DNA of 64,000 nt from an uncultured Myxococcales bacterium. Its GTDB lineage: Bacteria > Myxococcota_A > Polyangia > Fen-1088. Each line of letters opens with the position of its first letter. The stretch's first letter is position 1. A program made the translations under genes and the position numbers. The stretch covers positions 10,221 through 74,220 of the forward strand of contig CAZPUH010000492.1 of assembly GCA_964589215.1 (NCBI GenBank), written 5' to 3'. This document shows, in pieces, positions 25,248 through 33,335 of the stretch. Under the pieces are notes generated by a model. It ran no database searches. It had not been told where the DNA came from and saw only the letters and a list, made by a program, of their open reading frames with translations.

Positions 25248-26386
25248 GGCGTCCTCGGCGTCGGAAACTCGCGCACGCGGAGTCCGCGAGGCCACTCGCG
25301 CAGATCGCCACCGTGACTGTCCATGAGTCTGATGCGCACCGGCGCACCCTGATGCTCCTCGCGAAAGCCGTTGATGTTCTCGTCGATCTGGTACATCTGT
25401 CCGTCCGGGCGTTCCGGTGGCCAGCCGTTCTCCTCGCCGTCCTCGAAGGCGCACGGCGCCAGCCGCCCGTCGTTCGGCACGACCACGTTGGCGCCCATCT
25501 GCTTCACGAACACCGCCACGCCGGCCGCCTTGCACTGCGCGACCAGCAGCTCCGCCCACGCTGGCTCGAAGCGGCGCGCGCGCTGACCGCTCTCGCCGCC
25601 CACGACCACCCAGTCGAGTTCGGGAGCGAAGCCCGAGCGAATCCACTTCGGGTTACCGCGCTCGCGGTCAATCTCAAGCCAGCTTCGCAGGTCCAGCTTG
25701 CCCAGCAGAGGTTCGGCGCTCACCCAGCGCACTGCCGCCGGCGTCGCCAGCAGGGCGGGGATGCGATCGTTTGCGGTCTCCTGGTTCTCGGCGGAGACGC
25801 CTAGGTGCACGTTCGGGAGCGGCCACTCCGGCGGATCCTCGATGAGAGGGTCCCCTCTTCCGGGCTCGAACCCGTCCTTGCTGTCGTGCTTCGTCAGGAA
25901 GGCGTTGACCTCGGGAACGCCGAACATCTCGGTTACGCAGGCGTGAATGCCGTCTCCGACCATGTCCACGCGCGACGCCCACTCGAACCACTTCCGCATC
26001 CGCTCCGCCCGCTTCGTCAGGATCTGATGCGTGTGCTGCTGCGTCGCCGCCATCACTCCGAAGCAGGCCGCGATCCATTCGTTCGACACCCAGTCGCCGA
26101 ACAGGTCCGTCATGTCGCACCAGAAGATTTTCGCTGGCCGCTTGCGTGCGAGCACTGACACCAGCTTCTTCGGATTCAGCGATAGGACAGGCATGTGCTC
26201 GCCTCGCTGCTCCTGGAACTGCGGCAGCCCGAAGCGAGGTTGCATGCGCGACGCGTAGCAGTTCTTGCAGCCGGGCGAGATCTTCTCGCAGTAGTGCCCC
26301 GATCGCGCAGCGCCCGGCGCGCTCGCGGGTCTCGCCTCGATGGGGTTGACGGTGAAATTGGTCCACTCGATGAGGGTGCGATTCAT
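25244..26386 (-). CDS. phage Gp37/Gp68 family protein
   Basis: MNRTLIEWTNFTVNP...CEKISPGCKNCYA is the family N-terminal signature. 380 aa. Confidence 0.75.
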   Translation of the reverse strand: MNRTLIEWTNFTVNPIEARPASAPGAARSGHYCEKISPGCKNCYASRMQPRFGLPQFQEQRGEHMPVLSLNPKKLVSVLARKRPAKIFWCDMTDLFGDWVSNEWIAACFGVMAATQQHTHQILTKRAERMRKWFEWASRVDMVGDGIHACVTEMFGVPEVNAFLTKHDSKDGFEPGRGDPLIEDPPEWPLPNVHLGVSAENQETANDRIPALLATPAAVRWVSAEPLLGKLDLRSWLEIDRERGNPKWIRSGFAPELDWVVVGGESGQRARRFEPAWAELLVAQCKAAGVAVFVKQMGANVVVPNDGRLAPCAFEDGEENGWPPERPDGQMYQIDENINGFREEHQGAPVRIRLMDSHGGDLREWPRGLRVREFPTPRTP

Positions 26387-26617
26387 TCAGGCTGGCCTCA
26401 GGTCAAGGAACGGGCATTCCGGTCCGCACGGTGTTGGATCTCCGGCCGAGGTGAACACCAGTCCGGTCTCGTCGCAGGTCTCGCAGCCCTCAGGCTGCAG
26501 ATTCAGGCACTCCGGGCAAAGATCGACCTCCAGCCCATGTCGCTCGTGCGCGTGCGAAAGCCGCGCGAGCTGCTGCGCCTCCGTTCCGATCCCCAGTCGG
26601 TCACCGCTCGTTTTCAC
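26387..26617 (-). CDS. Cys-rich small protein
   Basis: 76 aa with CPEC and CETC pairs. GTGA overlap. Confidence 0.5.
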   Translation of the reverse strand: MKTSGDRLGIGTEAQQLARLSHAHERHGLEVDLCPECLNLQPEGCETCDETGLVFTSAGDPTPCGPECPFLDLRPA

Positions 26618-26898
26618 GGCCCAATCGCTCCCTCCGCCCGCTGCCGCTGCGCGGGTCCAAACTGCGCTTCGATCGCCGCCAGCACCTGCTCGACATCGCC
26701 AAACGGCGCCCCCCAGGTCGTGCCCAGCCGCGGCACCTCGACCACCACCTGGCCGGTCTCCTCGACCACGCCCCAGGTCGACTGGTTGATCGGCCAGCCG
26801 GACCGGATCGCCAGCCAGCAGGCGTAGGCGCGCTGGACACGGTCCATCCGCGCGTGACCGGCGCGTCGCTGTTCGTCTGGCGGATTCAGATCGAGCAT
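26614..26898 (-). CDS. hypothetical protein
   Basis: 94 aa from ATG 26898 (MLDLNPPDEQ...). Confidence 0.5.
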   Translation of the reverse strand: MLDLNPPDEQRRAGHARMDRVQRAYACWLAIRSGWPINQSTWGVVEETGQVVVEVPRLGTTWGAPFGDVEQVLAAIEAQFGPAQRQRAEGAIGP

Positions 26899-27089
26899 CA
26901 ACGCCTGACCTTTTTGCACCGCTTGCAGGTGGCGCATCGCGGATCGAGCGTCCAGAGCAGCCCCCGCCGGCCGCCCGCCAAGCGCTTGGTCCAGTCGCCG
27001 ATCGGGCGCGCGCGGCGCTCGTGCCGGATGTAGTCCCGGCAGATGGTGCAGCCGCGTGGGCTGTGCTTCGTGGCGCCGGCGGGAATCAT
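26898..27089 (-). CDS. zinc-ribbon small protein
   Basis: MIPAGATKHSPRGCTICRD...CATCKRC. A class I motif lies upstream. Confidence 0.5.
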   Translation of the reverse strand: MIPAGATKHSPRGCTICRDYIRHERRARPIGDWTKRLAGGRRGLLWTLDPRCATCKRCKKVRR

Positions 27090-27100
27090 TTGACCCACCG

Positions 27101-27111
27101 GATACTACGCG
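27101..27111 (-). promoter_or_regulatory. class I promoter-like motif CGCGTAGTATC
   Basis: Exact 11-mer. ATG 27089 is 12 nt downstream (GTG 27098 is 3 nt downstream). Confidence 0.55.
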
Positions 27112-27129
27112 CGCTGGCGCGCGGCGCGC

Positions 27130-27381
27130 TCAGGTCCGGATCGGTTCGAGCCGCAGCCGAGCCACCGCGATTTCGTTCGTGGGCTTCACGTGCTGGATCG
27201 GCACCAGCGTCACCCGTCCGACCGGCACGTCCTCGTCCCCCGCCGTCACCTCGAGCTCGACCAGCTTGGGCTCGCCCAACACCTTCGTCGGGTAGCCCAG
27301 CATGATCGCCTGCACCGTAACGTCCCGCCCGCGGTGCTGGACGGTGGCGCGGACCTCAGCTCTCCGGTCGATCAGCGTCAT
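27130..27381 (-). CDS. hypothetical protein
   Basis: 83 aa, MTLIDRRAEVRATVQH... ATGA overlap. Confidence 0.5.
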   Translation of the reverse strand: MTLIDRRAEVRATVQHRGRDVTVQAIMLGYPTKVLGEPKLVELEVTAGDEDVPVGRVTLVPIQHVKPTNEIAVARLRLEPIRT

Positions 27382-27491
27382 CGCCCGTGCGATGCCGGAT
27401 GCGCGCCGCCCGCGTGCGCCAGGCCGATGACCGTCAGGCCGGCGAACGCCAGTGCGCCGGCCAGGATGATGGCGGACCAGACGCGCGACAT
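27378..27491 (-). CDS. small single-pass membrane peptide
   Basis: 37 aa, MSRVWSAIILAGALAFAGLTVIGLAHAGG... 1-nt TGATG junction. Confidence 0.45.
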   Translation of the reverse strand: MSRVWSAIILAGALAFAGLTVIGLAHAGGAHPASHGR

Positions 27492-27784
27492 CAGCGGCAC
27501 GCGTCGATCGCCGCGCAGCTGGATGCGGCGCTGCGGCAGCCAAGATCCCAGGTGGCGATCCCGGTGCCCTGCACGTTGGAGCACACCTCTTCGCATGACG
27601 CGCCCTGCGGCGTCGGCTGCGCGAAGGGGCAGCCGAGACGGCGCCCGTTCTGGCAGACGGCGGCGCAGGTGCCGGGCGCGGCGGCGGCATCGCTCGCATC
27701 TGGCGTCACCGGCGGGGGCGCGGGCGGGCAGCCGGGGCAGCTGGCCAGCACGAGGAATGCCAGCAAACCGATCGCGCGGATCAC
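27491..27784 (-). CDS. Pro/Cys-rich lipoprotein
   Basis: VIRAIGLLAFLVLASCPGCPPAPPPV lipobox. GTGA overlap with the peptidase stop. Confidence 0.6.
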   Translation of the reverse strand: MIRAIGLLAFLVLASCPGCPPAPPPVTPDASDAAAAPGTCAAVCQNGRRLGCPFAQPTPQGASCEEVCSNVQGTGIATWDLGCRSAASSCAAIDACR

Positions 27785-28647
27785 GGCGTCACCCCCTGGT
27801 AGTCGGCGAACCACAGATCGTTGGTCGACTCGTCCATCAGGTACTTCGGTGTCATCCAGAACATCCCCCGGTCGCCCCAGCCCTCGGACCAGGAATTGAC
27901 GACCCTGAATTTCACGCCGCCCACCACACCCGGGTCGAAGACGGCGCGGACGATCCGCATGCAGTGCCCCCCGTCGATGTCACCCGGATCGGGCGCGTCG
28001 ACCAGGAACCCCGGCGGGAGCCGGTTCGACGCGAAGGCGTTGGTGACGTTCGTTCCGAAGACGACCGGGCAGGGCTTTCCGCCTTTGCCTGCGGCCGAGA
28101 GGGCGCGCAGCACATCGTCTACCCGCCTCGTTCCCGTGCTCATGATCCGCCCGTAGTCGATTGGCGCGCGCTGGTCGTACGCCAACCGAAAGACGTCCGC
28201 CGGCGGCTTGCTCATCGCCGGGCTCGGGTTCGCGTCGGTGTATGGCAGCGCGCTCTCGGGAGGCAGTCCAAGGCGCTCCAACACCTCCGCCCCATCGCCG
28301 ACGTAGGCCCCTTCAAACCGGCTGATGTCGCCCTCGATGGCATGCATCAGGTACATCAGCCAGAGCCGCGACCCGAGCGTCGGGGACGGGTTCCCGTTGC
28401 GCTGAACGCAGTCACGGACCGCGCCGGCCCAGCCGTGGGATACGCAGTAGGGCGCTCCGCCCTGGTCGAGGATCCCGGCGGCCCGGATCGCGTCTTCATC
28501 GAGGCCGCAGTCGGTCGTCGGCACGGGGATGCCGGCCAGCGTCGTCGCCGCGTCCCGTCGCGGCGGCACGCCGAGAAGATGCCGCAGGTCGGGCTTGTAG
28601 CCGTGGCCCGCCTCGGGATGGCCGCGCTTCTGAAAGTCCTCGACCAT
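27781..28647 (-). CDS. papain-like (C1 family) cysteine peptidase
   Basis: QGGAPYC (Q-x5-C as in papain Q19/C25), DGGHCMRIV (His), VVNSWSEGWGDRGMFWM (NSWG..WG..G). Confidence 0.65.
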   Translation of the reverse strand: MVEDFQKRGHPEAGHGYKPDLRHLLGVPPRRDAATTLAGIPVPTTDCGLDEDAIRAAGILDQGGAPYCVSHGWAGAVRDCVQRNGNPSPTLGSRLWLMYLMHAIEGDISRFEGAYVGDGAEVLERLGLPPESALPYTDANPSPAMSKPPADVFRLAYDQRAPIDYGRIMSTGTRRVDDVLRALSAAGKGGKPCPVVFGTNVTNAFASNRLPPGFLVDAPDPGDIDGGHCMRIVRAVFDPGVVGGVKFRVVNSWSEGWGDRGMFWMTPKYLMDESTNDLWFADYQGVTP

Positions 28648-28649
28648 GA

Positions 28650-29186
28650 TCAGGTGCTCTTCTTCATGCCGAAGCTGAACACCCAGTGCAGCTCGCTCGG
28701 CAGTGACGAGACGCCAATGAACTCCTCGGCGCCGAACCCGACGCTCACCCAGTCGATGATCGTCAGGATCGGCAGCGCCTCGATCGCGAAGTATTTCGCG
28801 CCAGGGACGGAGCTCGAATTGTCTATCAGGCTCGCCTGGACGAAGACGTCGAAGGCGATCACGGCGTTGGTCATCGTCCAGCCCGCGGGCTTGTACTTCA
28901 GCCCATAGCCGATGCCCGGCACGATCCCCGTCACGTACTGGCGGCTCTTCAGGTCGATCTGGAAGACGTCGAAGCCGACGGACGGACCGAGCCAGAGGTC
29001 TCCCGTTGCACCGACCTTGACGTCCCCCGTTGCCCCGTCTGTCGGCAGCGGCTGGACGGGCTCCGCGTGCGGTCCGCTCAGGTAGGTGCGGCCAAATTCA
29101 GCGCGCGCCGGCGGCGCGCCACACAAGATCAATAGGGCCGCAATGGCCGGGAGCAAAAGGCGGGCGGCGTTCTTCATGCCGTCCAT
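28650..29186 (-). CDS. secreted beta-rich protein (possible outer-membrane protein)
   Basis: Signal peptide MKNAARLLLPAIAALLILCGAPPARA/EF, then alternating aromatic/Gly beta-like segments. Confidence 0.55.
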   Translation of the reverse strand: MDGMKNAARLLLPAIAALLILCGAPPARAEFGRTYLSGPHAEPVQPLPTDGATGDVKVGATGDLWLGPSVGFDVFQIDLKSRQYVTGIVPGIGYGLKYKPAGWTMTNAVIAFDVFVQASLIDNSSSVPGAKYFAIEALPILTIIDWVSVGFGAEEFIGVSSLPSELHWVFSFGMKKST

Positions 29187-29222
29187 CGTGCTCCCGGCCA
29201 GGATCGGGTGTCAACGCGTGGT

Positions 29223-29636
29223 TCAGTTCGGCTCTTCCTCGTCGTCGCCCTTGGGGCCCCGCTCCAAACCGGTGACGGGCATGAACTCCTGCAGCTCCTC
29301 GGCCGTCATCGCGCGCTCCTCGACCACCTCGTCGTTATCGTCGCGCCGGACCAGCACCTTCTTGTTTGCGAAGTGGAACTCATTGACCACGTACATGGTC
29401 CGGTTCTCCTTCTCCTCCTCGCAGTCGATCCGAAGCTGGGCGTTCTCCGCCTTCAGCGTCTTCACCTTGTCCTTGAGGGGGCGCATGTCCTCCTCGAGAT
29501 TCACGATCTTGGTGAGGTTCTTTCGGATCTGTGTCTGCTTTTCGGCGACCTCCTCCGGCGTGATGTCGACCTGAATCTCTTTCTTAAACCGCTTGCTTCG
29601 CTCGACGTCTCCGCTGCTGCTGCTCTTCTTCCCCAT
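29223..29636 (-). CDS. hypothetical coiled-coil protein
   Basis: 137 aa, K/E-rich, in a locally lower-GC region. Confidence 0.6.
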   Translation of the reverse strand: MGKKSSSSGDVERSKRFKKEIQVDITPEEVAEKQTQIRKNLTKIVNLEEDMRPLKDKVKTLKAENAQLRIDCEEEKENRTMYVVNEFHFANKKVLVRRDDNDEVVEERAMTAEELQEFMPVTGLERGPKGDDEEEPN

Positions 29637-29639
29637 CGG

Positions 29640-29999
29640 TCAGTTTCCCTTTCCGCTCTTTTTCTCGAGCTTGTCCCTCACCATCTCGCCGTACTTTGCG
29701 GCGAGCATCTTGCCGAGTTCGCGGCCGGCCGCCACGAGCTCGCGCCGATCGTCGGTGATCGGCAAGTCCTCGACGATGGCCACGATCGCCCCGTAGTGCA
29801 TGAAGACGGTCGCAACGTCGCCCGGGATCAGGCCGGCCTCTTCGATCCGGTCCTCGATCGCCTTGTTCGTGGTCAGGGTCTCGGTGACCACCTTCGAAAC
29901 CAGGGCCTCGACCATCTTGGGTTGCATGCCCCGGATGCCGCGGCACACCTTCTTGACGTCTTCCATTGCCTTCTCGACGTCTTCGGGGCTGAAGTTCAT
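29640..29999 (-). CDS. hypothetical protein
   Basis: 119 aa from ATG 29999 (MNFSPEDVEKAM...). The class I motif ends 7 nt upstream. Confidence 0.6.
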   Translation of the reverse strand: MNFSPEDVEKAMEDVKKVCRGIRGMQPKMVEALVSKVVTETLTTNKAIEDRIEEAGLIPGDVATVFMHYGAIVAIVEDLPITDDRRELVAAGRELGKMLAAKYGEMVRDKLEKKSGKGN

Positions 30000-30005
30000 C
30001 CCCGG

Positions 30006-30016
30006 GATACTACGCG
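30006..30016 (-). promoter_or_regulatory. class I promoter-like motif CGCGTAGTATC
   Basis: Exact 11-mer. TAGTAT ends 7 nt before ATG 29999. Confidence 0.6.
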
Positions 30017-30029
30017 GCAACGGACGATT

Positions 30030-32036
30030 TCAGACCGGAGAACCGACCGGATAGTCTTCGAGCTCGGTCCCAAAGACCTCCTGGTCGTAAAAATCCAGGC
30101 TCGGCATCTGAATTCGCTGGATCAGGGTCAACCAACGGCGATCATTCTTGATGTCGTTCGAGTAGTCGTCGGATGACCATGCCGTGGCGAACGCCAGCGC
30201 ACGGGCCTCGGGGCCATCGAGCCGCGACATCCAGGTGCCGGTCGCCATCTTCTTGATCTTCGCCCGGACGGCTGCCTCTTCGCTGTTCTTCTGAGTGCAG
30301 ACGTCGTCCATGAACAGATAGTCCGCCTTTGACCCGATGCCCTCGGTCAGCACCCCGCGCGCCTGGATCGTCGGATCGGTGCCGTGCCCCTGGCGCTCGA
30401 CGAAGGCGTCTTGGGTGTCCCACTTTTGGCCGCGCCGGATGTGAGGGAACACCCGGCGGTATTCGTAGCTCTCGATCAGGCTCTTGATGGACGCCACGCG
30501 CAGCTTGGCCATGTCGTCGTTCGCGCAGACGACTTTGATGCGGACCTGTGGGTTCCGGCCCACGAGATAGGCGGCCAGCGGCACCAGAAAGCCGGTGTTG
30601 TGCACGATCACGTCGCTGGTCAGATACGTGTGATGCCCGTCGACTTCCATCCCAAAGGTCGGTTGGACCCCCATGTCACGGATGGTGACGATTTCGTCCC
30701 AGAAGATCTCAGGAGCCGTCAGCTTCAAGAGATAGGCGTTGCCCTCTGCTTCCGCCGCCAAGCGGACAACGCCGCGCGCCGTGCCCATCTGACGGTGGTT
30801 TTTCGTTTTGGCCTGATCGAGCGATACGCCCGTGTTGACCTTGTGCCAATGCGCCGTCCGCTTCAGGTATTTGCGGTACCCCAGCGGGATGATGTCGTTG
30901 TTCGTCAGGCGTCCGGTAGTTCGCGGCCCGAAGGTGGCCAGCTTCTGTCCCTTTTCTCCAGGCACGGGAACACGTTCGCGGAACAGGTCGAGCCACGGCC
31001 GACGTACTCGAAGTCGCCACGACGCGTGATGTCGCCCCAGGTACTTTCCGTTCTTCGGGAAAACGACGGAAACAATGCCCAGCCGCAACAGCAGCGACTG
31101 GACATCATCGAGGAGACCACGATTCACCGAATAGAGTTCGACGTTCCCCTTTGCGTCCACGTGCCCATCGCAGGCCACGTACGCGCCGATGTATCTGGCG
31201 ATCTGGTCAACGGGGGCAGAGAAGATTTTCGGGGGCGTTACCTTCGTCCAGGCGGTGCAGTGTTCGTGGGCTTGTTGCTCCATGAACCAGCTCCTGCATC
31301 CGCCGAGAACTCTCACGCCAGGCGTTCTCGGAGGATAGTTGAAGCGGGTGCTTCTGAAGCCTGCTCTCTCTGCCGCCGCTGCAATCGCATCGAGGAGATG
31401 GGGATCGCCATTCGCGACTTCGATTCCGGTTTGCTTTACCGATCCATCTCCGACGATGAATCCGAACAACTCCGGCTCGCCATCTCGTAGGCGATGCGTC
31501 CCCATATTCGGCAGGTTGTTGGCTACCGCGACGCTTCTTCCAATGGCGAGATCGGCTGCCTTCACCCAGCCGTTCACCGTCAGGAATGGATGCTCTTCCG
31601 TGACGTCTATCTCGCGCCCGCTGCGCAGCCCGATGCGGATGACCCGTCTATCTCCGTTGCCGAATACGCGCGCCCAGGCCGGCGCAAATCGGCCGGTCTC
31701 AGCGTCATAGGCGACGACGCTGACCATCAGCCCACATAGGTTGCCGATCGCGGCCGTCGTTCCGTCAGAAAGTTGGACCTTCGAGTGCGCGGGCTGGCAT
31801 TTACCGGAACTGAACGGCGCCATGATCATCGCGTGCTTTCCGCGGTTCCAGGCGTGGTTGACGTGCACGATCCAGGCGCGGTGCAGGTAGTGCAGTTCGA
31901 CGGGCCCACCGTCCTCGTCCTTGGCGCAAAACTCGATGAAGGCAGCGAGATTCACCCGCGCCTTCCGGATCTGTTCTTGGACCAGGCGCTTGGCGACGAT
32001 CAGGTCTTCGATGTTCGCGACGGCGGTAGTGGCCAT
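30030..32036 (-). CDS. terL: terminase large subunit, ATPase (N-terminal) half, interrupted by an intein
   Basis: From ATG 32036. Extein: Walker A MAPFSSGK|T (split by the intein), Walker B ADYLFMDDV, then ATAWSS. Extein total is 267 aa with no nuclease domain. Confidence 0.75.
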   Translation of the reverse strand: MATTAVANIEDLIVAKRLVQEQIRKARVNLAAFIEFCAKDEDGGPVELHYLHRAWIVHVNHAWNRGKHAMIMAPFSSGKCQPAHSKVQLSDGTTAAIGNLCGLMVSVVAYDAETGRFAPAWARVFGNGDRRVIRIGLRSGREIDVTEEHPFLTVNGWVKAADLAIGRSVAVANNLPNMGTHRLRDGEPELFGFIVGDGSVKQTGIEVANGDPHLLDAIAAAAERAGFRSTRFNYPPRTPGVRVLGGCRSWFMEQQAHEHCTAWTKVTPPKIFSAPVDQIARYIGAYVACDGHVDAKGNVELYSVNRGLLDDVQSLLLRLGIVSVVFPKNGKYLGRHHASWRLRVRRPWLDLFRERVPVPGEKGQKLATFGPRTTGRLTNNDIIPLGYRKYLKRTAHWHKVNTGVSLDQAKTKNHRQMGTARGVVRLAAEAEGNAYLLKLTAPEIFWDEIVTIRDMGVQPTFGMEVDGHHTYLTSDVIVHNTGFLVPLAAYLVGRNPQVRIKVVCANDDMAKLRVASIKSLIESYEYRRVFPHIRRGQKWDTQDAFVERQGHGTDPTIQARGVLTEGIGSKADYLFMDDVCTQKNSEEAAVRAKIKKMATGTWMSRLDGPEARALAFATAWSSDDYSNDIKNDRRWLTLIQRIQMPSLDFYDQEVFGTELEDYPVGSPV
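30597..31799 (-). mobile_element. intein with LAGLIDADG homing endonuclease in the TerL P-loop
   Basis: 401 aa. Starts at Cys (codon 31799..31797) right after GK and ends HN, followed by Thr (30596..30594). Block B is VTEEHPF. LAGLIDADG motifs are LFGFIVGDGSV and IGAYVACDGHV. C-terminal end is SDVIVHN. Confidence 0.8.
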
Positions 32037-32058
32037 CTCGGCCCATGGTAGACGATCC

Positions 32059-32069
32059 CGCGTAGTATC
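32059..32069 (+). promoter_or_regulatory. class I promoter-like motif CGCGTAGTATC (only + strand copy)
   Basis: Exact 11-mer on the top strand. TAGTAT ends 7 nt before ATG 32076. Confidence 0.6.
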
Positions 32070-32075
32070 GAGCAC

Positions 32076-32441
32076 ATGACGTATGTGACCCTGACGCCGA
32101 AGACCAACCGGATCACGGTCCGCACGACGCTCCGCCCCAGCGCCGCCTACGCCCACCGCGACTTCGCCGTCAGCATCCAACCGGTGCACGCCGGCCTGAC
32201 GTTCACCGTGTGGGGTCGGACCGAGCCTGGACGGGCGAAGTTCAGGCCATGCACCGAGCTCGGCGACGACTTCCTCAGCCGGGTCGAGGAGGTCGTGGTT
32301 GGCGCGGGACTGGATGAACTATCCAAGCTGGCGCTCGGTCGGACCCAGGACGACGCCACCGTGAAGCGGATCATTGACGTGGTCCGCGATCTGCTCGAGT
32401 GCACGGCGGCGCCCGAGCAGAAGCTGGCGGACGCCGCCTAG
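32076..32441 (+). CDS. hypothetical protein (plus strand)
   Basis: 121 aa with very high GC3. Divergent from TerL across a 39-bp gap. Confidence 0.65.
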   Translation: MTYVTLTPKTNRITVRTTLRPSAAYAHRDFAVSIQPVHAGLTFTVWGRTEPGRAKFRPCTELGDDFLSRVEEVVVGAGLDELSKLALGRTQDDATVKRIIDVVRDLLECTAAPEQKLADAA

Positions 32442-32995
32442 GCCACCAGCGGCGGGCGAGCCGCCACCAGCGGCGGTGCGCCCGGCATCACGATCCCGCT
32501 GACCGTCTTCGGCGCCCGGCCCCAGGCCACGATCGCAGCCTCGATGTTCTCCTCCCAGCTGTCGTCGCCACCAGACGGATACGGCACCGCGCCAGAGAGA
32601 ATGTCGCGCGCGCTGATGCCCTGGAGCTGGATGTGCGGCTGTTCGAAGTTGAGATAGGTCAGCCCCACCTGGGCGGCCAACAGATGGAACTCGTCCCAGC
32701 TGTGGCCCGCCGGCGGCGTCCAGGACCACGCTCCGTTGAAGTACCAGACCCAGTCGCAGGCCAGGCCGTACTGGTGCAGCGACTGCCAGGCCATCTCGTA
32801 GGTGACCTTTCGACCGGGCGTCCCGACGCCCTCCACGCGCCCCTCGGTGTAAAGCAGCGCCTGCCGATCGGGCGAGCGCCACATCTCGAACGGCTCGATC
32901 GGAAGCCCCTTGCCCTGCACCAGCGCCAGAAGATCGGCGTTGAGCTTTCGGAAGGTCGGGTGCAGGTGGCTCGGGTCGACGTCGCGCGCGCTCAT
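32438..32995 (-). CDS. endolysin, peptidase M15 (VanY / L-Ala-D-Glu peptidase-like)
   Basis: RSPDRQ, SLHQYGLACD (SxHxxGxAxD), EQPH motifs. Confidence 0.75.
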   Translation of the reverse strand: MSARDVDPSHLHPTFRKLNADLLALVQGKGLPIEPFEMWRSPDRQALLYTEGRVEGVGTPGRKVTYEMAWQSLHQYGLACDWVWYFNGAWSWTPPAGHSWDEFHLLAAQVGLTYLNFEQPHIQLQGISARDILSGAVPYPSGGDDSWEENIEAAIVAWGRAPKTVSGIVMPGAPPLVAARPPLVA

Positions 32996-33005
32996 GCGCC
33001 GAATG

Positions 33006-33335
33006 CTACCCGAGCTTCGGCGTCACCTGGTAGCGGAAGAAGTCGCCAGGCGGATAGGTCACCATGCCGTCGTTGAACGTGACCAGCAGCAGGCCCGGGC
33101 GCGCGGTCTCGGTCGCCAGCCAACGATGCTGCACGTAGGCCCCTTTCCGATCGATGTAGTCCTGGGCGGGGTCCAGGGTCGTTTTGCTGGCGCCGCCGCA
33201 GCCATCGGCCGGCCGGACCGTGCAGGTGACTGTCTTGCCGGTCAGGTCGGGCGCCGTGCCGTCAGCGCCCAGCAGCTGGACCTGCGCCGGCGGCGCCGTG
33301 TCGCCCTGCCTGACCTCGCCGTCCGGGACCCGCAT
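33006..33335 (-). CDS. beta-sandwich (BppU_N/Ig-like?) small protein
   Basis: 109 aa, MRVPDGEVRQGDTAPP...DLTGKTVTCTVRP... The fold call is tentative. Confidence 0.5.
   Translation of the reverse strand: MRVPDGEVRQGDTAPPAQVQLLGADGTAPDLTGKTVTCTVRPADGCGGASKTTLDPAQDYIDRKGAYVQHRWLATETARPGLLLVTFNDGMVTYPPGDFFRYQVTPKLG

Noticed and set aside
27491-28647. Considered annotating the C1 peptidase, lipoprotein and TM peptide as the lysis cassette (endolysin and spanins).
   Set aside because: A canonical M15 endolysin exists at 32438..32995. C1 peptidases are not known endolysins, and there is no i-spanin-like coiled-coil TM protein adjacent. I kept it as an open question in the findings.
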